Of a stretch of DNA of 64,000 bases, positions 1 to 9,972 are shown one piece after another (the stretch's first letter is position 1; every line of letters begins with the position of its first letter). A program made the position numbers and the translations under genes. The notes under the pieces were generated by a model that ran no database searches, had not been told where the DNA came from, and saw only the letters and a list, made by a program, of their open reading frames with translations. The stretch lies in sequence record NC_031039.1. The stretch is one strand, 5' to 3'.

Positions 1-55
1 CCCATTATTTTTCCCCATTTCTATTTAATATTTATATAGTTTTGTTTCTCAAATT

Positions 56-277
56 TTATAATTCTTTAAATAAAAGATAAAATAAAATAATAATGATTAT
101 TAAAATAATTCCAAAGGGAATGTATATAATAGGATCACTTAAATGAAGAATTGTGCTACTTTTATCATCTTCATAGAGGTAGTTAACAGGATGTGTAGGA
201 CTTAATAAATTATTTGGACTGGTAGGATTTAAAGGACTTGTTGGATTAGCAGGATTTAATTGACTAGATGGATTCAT
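56..277 (-). CDS. Small membrane protein with N-terminal NPxSP repeats
   Basis: SD AAGGAG precedes ATG at 277 (track start 313 lacks one); NPANPTSPLNPTSPNN repeats; C-terminal hydrophobic helix. Confidence 0.6.
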   Translation of the reverse strand: MNPSSQLNPANPTSPLNPTSPNNLLSPTHPVNYLYEDDKSSTILHLSDPIIYIPFGIILIIIIILFYLLFKEL

Positions 278-309
278 CTTATTCTCTCCTTTGTAGACAA
301 AAAATAAAA

Positions 310-337
310 ACATAAGAGACTTATAAGTCTCTTATGT
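310..337. terminator. Perfect 28-bp palindrome, terminator-like
   Basis: ACATAAGAGACTTATAAGTCTCTTATGT directly after the stop of the 342-1067 gene. Confidence 0.7.
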
Positions 338-341
338 CATT

Positions 342-1067
342 TTATACTGCTTTCTCTTCTGTTTCTGGTCTTTCTATAATTACATATGGAACGGCATTAA
401 ATCCTTTTTTCATTAGATTTTCATTAAAACCATCAATATCTTTATTGTTATAACCAGTTGATGGAATATAAATATCTACTTCTTCAAAACCATCATTACA
501 ATTTTCTACAATATCATTAATATTTGATAATTCATCTTCTACAATCATTTTTACATTCTTTAGATTCTTAATATAATCTGATTTCTTTTCATTTTTCCCA
601 ACAAAAATAATCTCTACTTTATTAGAATTTAAGAAAGTTTCAATAAATTTTCTTTTTCCTTCTTTGGTTCCTTCACTTGTTCTTGTTACAACATAGATTT
701 TATCTACGAATTTTTGTAATGATAATTTATAAATTCCTTCACACATTTTAGTTGGCATACAATCTTCATAAAATTCATCGTTATCATATAATGAATAAAA
801 TCTTTCAAATAATTCTTTTTCTTCTTTATCTGATAATACAAGATTTTCTTTTCTTAACCATTTATTTAAATGAAATTCTGGACGTGATAGTACTGTTTGA
901 TAATGTTCAAATGTACCAAATTCCAATCCTTCTAGTTTACTTAAATCAAAGTATTTTCCAAAATAATCAGCATTTTGCTGAATCTTATGAACCCATAAAG
1001 GACTAATGTCAGTTAATACCTCATCGCAGTCTGTAACAATTGAAAATGGTTCTTTAATAGAAAACAT
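342..1067 (-). CDS. HAD-superfamily 5'(3')-deoxyribonucleotidase-like phosphatase
   Basis: Motif I DCDEVLTD, motif II YVVTR, KSDY, motif IV IVEDELSN. Confidence 0.7.
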   Translation of the reverse strand: MFSIKEPFSIVTDCDEVLTDISPLWVHKIQQNADYFGKYFDLSKLEGLEFGTFEHYQTVLSRPEFHLNKWLRKENLVLSDKEEKELFERFYSLYDNDEFYEDCMPTKMCEGIYKLSLQKFVDKIYVVTRTSEGTKEGKRKFIETFLNSNKVEIIFVGKNEKKSDYIKNLKNVKMIVEDELSNINDIVENCNDGFEEVDIYIPSTGYNNKDIDGFNENLMKKGFNAVPYVIIERPETEEKAV

Positions 1068-1146
1068 TAAATCCTCTCCCTGTAATTATAATATGCACGA
1101 AGGAATATTAGAATAATACCATTATATTCTAATAATATAAATGCTT

Positions 1147-3099
1147 TTAGAATGTTAAGATATTGGTTGGAAATTGTGTCTGCTTAGTTGTTTCTAGTAT
1201 TTTAAATCCTAAAGATTCTAACATAATCATACCACTCTTAATATGGTCGTTAACCATCGTTTCAATATCAATAAATGGAGTAACCCACTCAGGTAATTTT
1301 TTGATTGATTTTGGTAGACACAGGATTGTAAAACCATGCTTAGAAAGATTTTCATTATCATAAATAGTTTCTTTAATGGTTTTATAGACATCCATTGGTA
1401 TTTTACCTGCTAAATCGTTTAAACTCTCAGTTGTCAATTTAATCAGATTTACTTTGGTAGGTAACACAATTTCATTATCAGGAAATAATTCATTCCAAAT
1501 AATAGTTCCTCTAATAGATTGCATTGCATAAGGATTAGCATATGATTCAATCTCATTAGCCTTGGAAGGAAGTGTATAAGTAATTTCTCCATTCATCAAT
1601 GAATTAGCAATTTCATTTTGTAAATGAACAAAGTTCCCAAATACTTTACTTAAATCAATTTTATCAGAAGATAAAATATTTTTATCCAGCATTTCAGTAA
1701 AGTAGTCTCTTACATTTTTGTTTACACTTACTTTTCTAATAGCTAAACCCTTAATATCAAGTTTAGGCTTTTCAAACATACGACCTTCTTGCATGATTAA
1801 TTTACCAGCATAACTTTTCTTATTACGAGTAAGCATTAGACGTTTATAGAAAAATTCATTTTTCATATTGATAATAGGACGTTTTTCAGAAGGAATATTT
1901 AGTTCAGATGTCATTTTCCAATAAACATTTTCAATTACCTTTGCCAATAAATATGATGCAATATTAACAACACTTACTTTACCTTCATCCGTCTCGTCTA
2001 CATTATCTGGGTAATTTTCTTTTAAGTATTTATAAAATGGATCTAACATTAAGAAGTTTGAGTCAGTATCTACTACTAATACTGTTTGTCTCTTTTCATT
2101 CTCTGCATTTTCATAACGATAGAAACTTAAATGATTATATAAAACCCATTCTTGAATATATGTCCATAACATTTCTAGTGAATCTTTAATATCTTTAGGT
2201 GGATCATTTGGATCTAAAAATTCTTTATTAATTACTTTTCCTAAAAGATTAGAGATCTCATTATTACCTAAGAATTCATAAAGATTATTTTTATAATAAA
2301 TTTTGTTAAGTGTTTGTTGATCCATTCTCTCAATAATATCTGAAAGAACCTTTACATCTGAATCATTTCTATTTCTCCATTTACGTAGGAGATATTGTAA
2401 TAATTCTCCGCTTTCAATATTTCTATTAATAATATGTGTATATACATATTTCTGTTCTTGAATGTTATTAATGTATAAAAGAACATCATTTAGATTTTCA
2501 AAGTGAAAGTTATTAGACATAAAATTCTCGAATGCATTTACAGCAGTCGTAATAATAATTACACCACTATATGTAATACTTGGACCAAAGTTTTGATTAA
2601 AGAAGATACTATTTTTCTCAACTGTTGCTCCATAAAATGAGTTAGCAAGAAGTTTAAAGGTTTTTTGCATTAAGTCTAGATTATTATATTCTGTTCTATC
2701 TTCATCATTAACATGCTCAAACATTTCTTTTTTTACTTTCTTACGTGATACCAGTAGATAATCAACCATATCAGAAAGTAAATTTACACCTTCATTATGT
2801 TTTCTATAGAATGCTCCGTAACCAGTAATTATTGGTTTCTTTTCTTCTAACCATTCAGTAACACTTAATAAATTTTTTACACTTTTTTGCTCACCATCGT
2901 TAAATACAACATTTTTACCCTGAATAGTACTATTAATTTCCTTGTCTAAGAATTCTTCAATCTCTTCTTCACTAATATTAGGAAATGAAAGAAGTAATTG
3001 TTTCTTTGCCTGTTCTTTATATTTTTCTAAGAAATTTGGATATGAATTTACATAATTTTTAGTTTCCTGCAAATTTTTCTCCTCCCAAGTATTTATCAA
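1147..3099 (-). CDS. Family B DNA polymerase, polymerase (fingers/palm/thumb) subunit of a split enzyme
   Basis: Motif B QKTFKLLANSFYG, motif C VDTDS, KKSYAG and KGLAIRK; no exonuclease motifs or motif A seen. Confidence 0.85.
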   Translation of the reverse strand: MINTWEEKNLQETKNYVNSYPNFLEKYKEQAKKQLLLSFPNISEEEIEEFLDKEINSTIQGKNVVFNDGEQKSVKNLLSVTEWLEEKKPIITGYGAFYRKHNEGVNLLSDMVDYLLVSRKKVKKEMFEHVNDEDRTEYNNLDLMQKTFKLLANSFYGATVEKNSIFFNQNFGPSITYSGVIIITTAVNAFENFMSNNFHFENLNDVLLYINNIQEQKYVYTHIINRNIESGELLQYLLRKWRNRNDSDVKVLSDIIERMDQQTLNKIYYKNNLYEFLGNNEISNLLGKVINKEFLDPNDPPKDIKDSLEMLWTYIQEWVLYNHLSFYRYENAENEKRQTVLVVDTDSNFLMLDPFYKYLKENYPDNVDETDEGKVSVVNIASYLLAKVIENVYWKMTSELNIPSEKRPIINMKNEFFYKRLMLTRNKKSYAGKLIMQEGRMFEKPKLDIKGLAIRKVSVNKNVRDYFTEMLDKNILSSDKIDLSKVFGNFVHLQNEIANSLMNGEITYTLPSKANEIESYANPYAMQSIRGTIIWNELFPDNEIVLPTKVNLIKLTTESLNDLAGKIPMDVYKTIKETIYDNENLSKHGFTILCLPKSIKKLPEWVTPFIDIETMVNDHIKSGMIMLESLGFKILETTKQTQFPTNILTF

Positions 3100-3259
3100 T
3101 TTTTAGTTATCATTTCTCTTAAAAATATCTAAGATTAAAAATAACTAATCAATATAATAATATATTTTTAAAAAGAGTTTTATTTAAACAATTAAATATA
3201 AAAGTATTTATTTCAAATAAACATTAAATTATATTAATCTGAAAGGAAAGTGATTTTCA

Positions 3260-3559
3260 ATGTCATCATTCTTCAACTTACTCACTGAGTCAAATACTAG
3301 TGATATTATTCTTGAGCAAACTTTTCAAGAAGCTAACGTAGTTCGTATGGATAAACAAACTCTTAAAAAACGTTTGCTTACTCAGGCTACACTATTAGCG
3401 GCTAAAGATGCTAACGATCCAATTTATCAAAAATATGTTAAAGCGGCTAAACAAAAACGCCATTTCCGTTCTCAAATTCAACAAAAATATGGTGCTAAAG
3501 GTCAAGCTAAAGTCCGTGAGTTCCTTAAACAGCAACAACAAGCTAAACAAGCTCGTTAA
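3260..3559 (+). CDS. Late small basic protein, probably virion head-associated
   Basis: Two AACA-N6-TA motifs upstream (3187, 3220); LLTE/ILE propeptide-like N-terminus; basic C-terminus. Confidence 0.5.
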   Translation: MSSFFNLLTESNTSDIILEQTFQEANVVRMDKQTLKKRLLTQATLLAAKDANDPIYQKYVKAAKQKRHFRSQIQQKYGAKGQAKVREFLKQQQQAKQAR

Positions 3560-3638
3560 TTTTCGGATCATAGAAATATGAATGAGAAAGATTACTATTA
3601 ATGTAATCAGATTTGAAAGTGAAGAATAATTTTAAATT

Positions 3639-3670
3639 ATCCTTAAGATCTTATTAAAGATCTTAAGGAT
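3639..3670 (+). terminator. Intrinsic terminator-like hairpin
   Basis: ATCCTTAAGATCTT-atta-AAGATCTTAAGGAT. Confidence 0.65.
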
Positions 3671-3737
3671 ACTTATATACCGTTTACATATAATACTTAG
3701 TTATTTTTAAGATATTAAAAAACATAAAAAGTGATGT

Positions 3738-3750
3738 AAATATATATTAT
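3738..3750 (+). promoter_or_regulatory. Phage early-type promoter AAATATATATTAT (representative copy)
   Basis: Exact 13-mer in intergenic gaps at 3738(+), 15406(+), 16414(+), 28049(-), 40214(+), 57705(+); variants at 9388(+) and 3157(-); core resembles phiKZ early TATATTAC. Confidence 0.75.
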
Positions 3751-3804
3751 TAACTTGTATTTTTCCATGTTTCATGTTATAATTAATCAACGGAGGGATC
3801 ATCA

Positions 3805-5700
3805 TTGGAAAAGACTTATAATTTAAATGATATTCTATTATCAAATGAGTATGAAAAAATTAAAGAGGATATCAAGGAAGAAATAATTAATGATATGGCA
3901 TCTAAGAAAGTAAAGTATAGTAATACTTCTGAATTTGCTAAAAATGACTTTCTTAAAGATGAATTCATTGATTTAGTTGTTGATGGGGAAACATATGAAA
4001 TTACATATGGAAATCTAATCACATTATTAATTGTTGCAAGACCATTTAATCACTTTAAAGTACCAATGACTGAAGATTTATTATTTGATCTATCTGATTT
4101 AAAAGAATACCAAAATTATTATACTACATTGCTGGAACATTTTGGTTACAGTAATGAAATTAAATCCATTATTAAAGATGTTATTAGTGAGTTAGCAATT
4201 TTCTCTGGGGATATTAATGTAACATTTGGTAATACAGTTTCTATTAAATCACTTATTGACTTGGGAAATAAAGTAAAGAGATTTAGAGAATTATTACATT
4301 ATCGTTTACCAAATGATGAAGCATTGGAGTTTAATGATATTGAGGCTATTATTAAAAAGAATTTAGATGAAATTATGAAAATTCTTTCTGAAACTGATAA
4401 TATGCTAAGATATTATATTGATTCAGGTGCTGGTATTAACTCAAAACAATTTGGTCAAGTATTATCATTAGTAGGTTCTAAACCGGATTTATTTGGTAAA
4501 ATTATTCCTTATCCAATTAATACTAGTTTCCTAAGAGGATTAGATGTACGGTCTTTCTATATTAATGCTTTAGGGGCAAGAAAAGCTTTAATCACAAACT
4601 ATCAACAAGTAAGAAACTCTGGCTATCTAACAAGAAAAATTAGTATGTTATTGATGGATACAAAATTAATTGATTTAGATGATTGTGGAAGCCATGAAAA
4701 CAACTATCTTTCAATTAATGTTGAGAATAAAGATGTTCTAAAAAGATTCTCTAAAAGAAGTTATTTAAATAATAATGGTGAATTAGTTGAAATTGATATT
4801 AATGATGAAAGTCTAATTGGACAGGTAATAAAAATTCCTTCTCCAACTACTTGTGCATCTAATGAAGGCGTTTGTCGTAAATGTTATGGTAAATTGTTTG
4901 ATATCAATAAAGATTTAAATATTGGCATGATTGCAGTTCTACTATTAACAGATCCATTAACTCAGCGTTTATTAAGTGCAAAACACTTACTAGAGACTCG
5001 GTCTTCTAAGATCGATTGGGGAACTAATTTTGAAGAGAACTTTATCGTAAACAGAAACTTAATTTATCCTAAAGTTTATAATGGAACGGTTATTATTAAA
5101 GAAGATGATTTTAAAGAAGATGAGGAAACAGAAGAACAAGTATTTGATACATTTACTTTAAAAAGTGGTAATAGATTTATTTCTATTAGTTCACCAATGA
5201 GATTATTCCTAAATAAAGACCTTAAGAAACAACTTGATGAAAGCTTTTATAATATAGAAGAAATGCAATTTGAAATTCCATTAAATAAGCTTGATGAAGG
5301 CGATAGTTTTGCAACATTCATCATGGATAATAACGAATTATCAAAACCATTAAGGGAAATTAAAGATCTTATTGAAACTAATAAATATATTAAAGATCAT
5401 AATGTTAATGAAGTGGTAAACTATTTTATTTACCTCTTAAATGAATCAGGTATCAATATTCAGTCTGTTCATTCAGAGTTAATCATTAGAGAAATGATGA
5501 AACTAGATGATTCAGATAGAACACAATTTAAAAATGATAAAATGCCGGATTATGAAATCTTCCGTATTACAGATGCTAATTTAAAGGGAGATAGTCTATC
5601 AAGATCATTATTATTTGAGCAAGTTAAGAAACAGCTAACTACACTAGATTATGATACATTTAATAAAACAAAATCTTCAATTTTAGATAAACTACTTTAA
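3805..5700 (+). CDS. rpoC: Phage multisubunit RNA polymerase beta' subunit, C-terminal half (probably non-virion RNAP)
   Basis: Bridge helix QQVRNSGYLTRK..DLDDCG, Zn motif PTTC-x6-CRKCYG, trigger loop IGMIAV..TDPLTQRLLSAKH; TTG start after GGAGG; early-type promoter. Confidence 0.9.
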   Translation: MEKTYNLNDILLSNEYEKIKEDIKEEIINDMASKKVKYSNTSEFAKNDFLKDEFIDLVVDGETYEITYGNLITLLIVARPFNHFKVPMTEDLLFDLSDLKEYQNYYTTLLEHFGYSNEIKSIIKDVISELAIFSGDINVTFGNTVSIKSLIDLGNKVKRFRELLHYRLPNDEALEFNDIEAIIKKNLDEIMKILSETDNMLRYYIDSGAGINSKQFGQVLSLVGSKPDLFGKIIPYPINTSFLRGLDVRSFYINALGARKALITNYQQVRNSGYLTRKISMLLMDTKLIDLDDCGSHENNYLSINVENKDVLKRFSKRSYLNNNGELVEIDINDESLIGQVIKIPSPTTCASNEGVCRKCYGKLFDINKDLNIGMIAVLLLTDPLTQRLLSAKHLLETRSSKIDWGTNFEENFIVNRNLIYPKVYNGTVIIKEDDFKEDEETEEQVFDTFTLKSGNRFISISSPMRLFLNKDLKKQLDESFYNIEEMQFEIPLNKLDEGDSFATFIMDNNELSKPLREIKDLIETNKYIKDHNVNEVVNYFIYLLNESGINIQSVHSELIIREMMKLDDSDRTQFKNDKMPDYEIFRITDANLKGDSLSRSLLFEQVKKQLTTLDYDTFNKTKSSILDKLL

Positions 5701-5707
5701 TTAATAA

Positions 5708-5746
5708 AAAACAGTATAAAGGTCTATATGATCTTTATACTGTTTT
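5708..5746 (+). terminator. Intrinsic terminator after RNAP beta' gene
   Basis: AAAACAGTATAAAG...CTTTATACTGTTTT followed by T-rich tract. Confidence 0.7.
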
Positions 5747-5822
5747 ATTTTTACATATTAATGTATAAATAAATAAAAATATAGATAACAAAATATCAGA
5801 AATAAATTTAGGGAGAGATTTT

Positions 5823-6413
5823 ATGTTAGCCTTTCAAGATCAAAAAGAATTCAGAAATCATATTAATGATTTTACAAAAAGACAAGAAGAAATTGATGAA
5901 CTTATGATAGATATTACCGAGTATATAAAAGAATATTTATGTACTAATTATATTATTGGTGAAAAATTAGTTTTAGTACCTGATGAGCGTAAAATTGATA
6001 TTTATTTCTTAGAGGAAGTTGATTCATTACTTATGTGTAGCATTGATATTTTTAGTATGGTTATTACAGGTTATAAAATAGATCCTAGATTATTAAAGAA
6101 ACATAAAAAAATGATTGAAAAACAGTATAAAGATATGCATGACGCTAAAAAAGGACTTACAAAACGTTTATCATTTTTAAAATCTATTAAACTCCCAATT
6201 AAAAAAAGATATGAACAAATAGAAAGAATTGAATATGAAATCATTCAGACAGATATTGTAATTGGCTATATAAACGACTATATTTATTTTACTAATACTA
6301 GAGATGATTTAGTCAATCAAATTTCTTATGATATACAAATCAATTTTAATGAAGAAAATGATAAATATCCATTTTTAAAATTCTCTAGAGAGTATGAATT
6401 TCTTGGTTCTTAA
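5823..6413 (+). CDS. Hypothetical protein
   Basis: 196-aa ORF with GGGAG SD; no motif recognised. Confidence 0.6.
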   Translation: MLAFQDQKEFRNHINDFTKRQEEIDELMIDITEYIKEYLCTNYIIGEKLVLVPDERKIDIYFLEEVDSLLMCSIDIFSMVITGYKIDPRLLKKHKKMIEKQYKDMHDAKKGLTKRLSFLKSIKLPIKKRYEQIERIEYEIIQTDIVIGYINDYIYFTNTRDDLVNQISYDIQINFNEENDKYPFLKFSREYEFLGS

Positions 6414-6429
6414 TAGGAGAGGATAATAT

Positions 6430-7863
6430 ATGATAAGAGTACAACCAACTAGAATTCTTGTTGAAAATTATAAAGCTGGTGAAAGTGATAAACTAGAGAA
6501 ATCACTATCTGTATGGGATAAAACTATTTTTCAATATACCTTTTCAGCATTTTTAATTGATGAAGATACAAATCAATTATTAATTCCTGGAGGTTATGAT
6601 TACACTAAATTAAAAAAGTGTTTTCCAAGAGATAAGATAGTTAATGAAAGATTAAATGTTGATCCTTATAATAAAGTAACCTTTTCACTAAAATATCCTC
6701 CTAGAGATTCAATACAACAAGATGCAATTAAATTTCTTTTACAAACAAATGATTCACAGAAATTCTTATGTTTACCAACAGGTAAAGGAAAGACATACTG
6801 TTCTATTAACTACGTATTTAAGTCTAAGAAATTACCAATGGTATTTGTAGACCAAGAGAACTTAATGGAGCAATGGAAGAAGAGTATTCTAAATTTTACG
6901 TCAGTAAAAGAGGAAGAGATATTTCTTATTAGTGGTAGAAATAGTATTGATAAGTTAATGAAAATGAAAAAGAAAGAGCTAAAGCAATATAAGTGGTTCA
7001 TTGCTATTCATAAAACTATTGGTAACTATATTGACGATAATCCAGATAATATTGATAAGTTAATGAAACACTTAGGCATAGGTGTTAAATTGTATGATGA
7101 AGCACATGTCGAATATAAAAATATATTCTATATTGATTCATTAACTAATACTGAAAGTGTTTATATAACAGCTACTCCATCCCGAAGTGATCCAATTGAA
7201 AATAAAGTTTATCAAAATATTTTCAATGATGTTCCAATGTATAAAGTTAAAGAAGATGAAATTGTTAATTATCACAATATAATTATTGTGAAATTTAACA
7301 GCAAACCTAGTATTGATGATCAAGCCAAGATGAAATCAAAATACGGTTTTGATACAAATAGATGGTGTAAATATATTCTGGATAATATTAAATATGAAGA
7401 ATTTATGAATCATATTACAAAAAATATTATTGAAAGAGTAAATAAGAATTTTGATAAAAAAACAGTACTATTATTTCATACAATGGCTGGCAATGATGTT
7501 ATTATTAATGATCTTAAAGAAACTTACCCAAATATAGAAATTGGAAGATATAATTCCAGTATTAAGGACAAGGATAAACGCTTAAAGGAATTAGAAAAAG
7601 ATATAATAGTAACAACAGATGTATCATTTGGGAAAGCTATTGATGTTAAAGGATTAGAGATACTTATAAATACGGTTCCATTTGGATCAAAAGTTCTAAC
7701 TGAGCAGTTATTAGGTAGATTAAGGGAGATTGAAGGAAAAGAAGTATGGTATATTGATCTTGTAGATATTGGTTTTGATAGTTGTAAAAAACAATTAAAA
7801 CAGAGACAAAATATATATAATAAAAAAGCAAAGAGAATTTATGAATTAGACTTGACAAAATAG
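6430..7863 (+). CDS. Superfamily 2 helicase (UvsW-like)
   Basis: LPTGKGKT, DEAH, TAT, QLLGRLR motifs. Confidence 0.9.
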   Translation: MIRVQPTRILVENYKAGESDKLEKSLSVWDKTIFQYTFSAFLIDEDTNQLLIPGGYDYTKLKKCFPRDKIVNERLNVDPYNKVTFSLKYPPRDSIQQDAIKFLLQTNDSQKFLCLPTGKGKTYCSINYVFKSKKLPMVFVDQENLMEQWKKSILNFTSVKEEEIFLISGRNSIDKLMKMKKKELKQYKWFIAIHKTIGNYIDDNPDNIDKLMKHLGIGVKLYDEAHVEYKNIFYIDSLTNTESVYITATPSRSDPIENKVYQNIFNDVPMYKVKEDEIVNYHNIIIVKFNSKPSIDDQAKMKSKYGFDTNRWCKYILDNIKYEEFMNHITKNIIERVNKNFDKKTVLLFHTMAGNDVIINDLKETYPNIEIGRYNSSIKDKDKRLKELEKDIIVTTDVSFGKAIDVKGLEILINTVPFGSKVLTEQLLGRLREIEGKEVWYIDLVDIGFDSCKKQLKQRQNIYNKKAKRIYELDLTK

Positions 7864-7880
7864 ATAAAAAATGGTATAAT
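7852..7880 (+). promoter_or_regulatory. Consensus host sigmaA-type promoter overlapping a 17-bp inverted repeat
   Basis: TTGACA(7852)-17 nt-TATAAT(7875) with TG at 7872; inverted repeat 7869-7906. Confidence 0.45.
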
Positions 7881-7951
7881 CATATCTAAATATGATTATA
7901 CCATTTAAAATATTCATTTTAAAAGTATTATGGGGGAAAGAAGGAAGATAA

Positions 7952-8842
7952 ATGATCATCACACATTATGATGCAGATGGAAAAACATGTTTAGTTCTAG
8001 CCAAAAAATATATGAATGGAATAGGTAGTTATCGAATTTGTGACTACTCAAATGTGGATGAGGTAGTAAATGATTATCTAGATGCTATTGAAAACTGGCA
8101 ATGCACTGATTCAGTTTTAGTCATTACAGATATTACTATTTCTAAAGAAACCGCAGAGAGAATTGAAAGTTTAAAACACTTATTCAATTTTATTATGCTA
8201 ATTGACCATCATCCAGCAAATCACTATTATCTCAAGAAATATGAGTGGTGCTTACTATTTAAGGATAATACCAGTGCTTCTAAGGAATTATATCAATATT
8301 TAAAGCAAAAAGGTTTAATCAATATGAATGATGACAGCTATGATGAACTAATTGACTCTGTTAATTCATTAGAAACATGGGATTATGATAACGAGAATGC
8401 TAAGATTATTAATGATTTATCTTATAACTTAAAGACTCATGACTTTTTGGCAAGATTCTTAATCAATCCATCTCTCACATTGAGTAAGAAAGAAAAGATT
8501 ATTCTTGGAATGAGACAAGATGATATTCAGGCAACTATTCAAAAAGTTAAACCAATAATTAAAGGTAAAACATGTTATATTTTTGTAGATAGATATGTTA
8601 CTGAAATTACAGAACATATATTTGGGAATTTTGATAATGTAGATGTACTTATTGCTATTAATCCAATGAATCATTCTATCTCGTATAGAAGTAGAGATGC
8701 TAGAAATGATGTTTCAAAGGTAGCAAGTGAGAATGGTGGAGATGGAAGAAAAACAACTAGTGGTAGTCCTATTAGCGAAGACGCAATGTTAAAAATTGTT
8801 GATATTTTATTAAAGGATGGTGCTAAAGATTATGCAAAGTAA
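7952..8842 (+). CDS. DHH-family phosphoesterase
   Basis: THYDADG, TDI, LIDHHP motifs; DHHA1-like C-terminus. Confidence 0.85.
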   Translation: MIITHYDADGKTCLVLAKKYMNGIGSYRICDYSNVDEVVNDYLDAIENWQCTDSVLVITDITISKETAERIESLKHLFNFIMLIDHHPANHYYLKKYEWCLLFKDNTSASKELYQYLKQKGLINMNDDSYDELIDSVNSLETWDYDNENAKIINDLSYNLKTHDFLARFLINPSLTLSKKEKIILGMRQDDIQATIQKVKPIIKGKTCYIFVDRYVTEITEHIFGNFDNVDVLIAINPMNHSISYRSRDARNDVSKVASENGGDGRKTTSGSPISEDAMLKIVDILLKDGAKDYAK

Positions 8843-9389
8843 AAATGAAATTTCATTGGGATTAAGTGTTAAAATCACAAACAAAAATAAGAATGCAAAG
8901 ATTATTAGTCTTTGCATTTCTGATCTTGGAGGTAAAAACTTATTTTATGCAGAATTTAATGATTATTCTGAGCACTTTTTAGATTATTATGCTAAGAATG
9001 ATATCATTCCTAATTTATTATTTAATGAGAAAAATGATTTTATTATAGAGAGTAACAATCATTTTCACATCAAATCTAATAGTGATATAATAAGAAAAGA
9101 AGTTTCAAAATGGCTGGCAAACTATTATCTAAAACATAAGAAGAAGATTAAGTTTATTATTGATGATAAACAATTTAGCTGGCTGTTCTTTTCAGAATTA
9201 ATTGATTATGAAATTTTTCCTAAATTTATGTTATCCAATGATACAATTGATTTAGATTCTCTTCTAGAGTTCCTAAATATTAATCTATCAGGAACATCAT
9301 TAGAGAAAAAATCCAATGCTATTATTAGCGCCAAAGGGAACATTAGTATTTGGAAGCAACTATTTGATGTATATCAAAATAAAAGATAA
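8817..9389 (+). CDS. Degenerate DEDDh 3'-5' exoribonuclease-like (Rv2179c-like) protein
   Basis: IISLCI..LGGKNLFYAEFNDY matches the phage family pattern but acidic catalytic motifs are absent. Confidence 0.45.
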   Translation: MVLKIMQSKNEISLGLSVKITNKNKNAKIISLCISDLGGKNLFYAEFNDYSEHFLDYYAKNDIIPNLLFNEKNDFIIESNNHFHIKSNSDIIRKEVSKWLANYYLKHKKKIKFIIDDKQFSWLFFSELIDYEIFPKFMLSNDTIDLDSLLEFLNINLSGTSLEKKSNAIISAKGNISIWKQLFDVYQNKR

Positions 9390-9414
9390 ATTTATATTAT
9401 AATAGTGTCTTTAA

Positions 9415-9887
9415 ATGAAAAGGAGGAGTAGCATGAATACTTATTATGATTATTCAAATCAGACTAAGAAGACGTTAAAAACTAATGAAAGAAGTCTCTC
9501 TAGGAAAGAAAGGAGGGAATTAGCAAAACTAGAAGAAAGAGAAAGGAGGCTTTATGATAAGAAGCAGAGGGAAATTGCAAAACGATTGGGGTTCATTAAA
9601 TGATAGATGTTTTTATTCAAGGTAAATTTAATATTAAAAGATTAAAAAAGTATTTCCATGATAATACTAAAACAATGTTTCTAAATGTAAATGAAAAAAA
9701 TTATCTTATAGCATTTGATAATAAAGAGCAAAAAGAGATAAATACTAGGGAATTGAGAAACTGTATAGAATGTCTACAGGATCACATGGATAATGTACCA
9801 TTAGATAGCTGGACAGATAGTGTTGCAGGTATTAATTATGGTACATATTTTGGACAAAATTTATCCTTAAGAGTATATATTTTGTAG
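9415..9887 (+). CDS. Two small hypothetical proteins (9415-9603, 9600-9887)
   Basis: SD-led overlapping ORFs after promoter variant AAATTTATATTAT at 9388. Confidence 0.55.
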
Positions 9888-9972
9888 ATTAATTTTCATA
9901 AAAAGTTAGAAAAAATTAAACATAAAAATGTATCAAAAAAAAAAAATAATTAGAAATATGGGGGAACACTTA

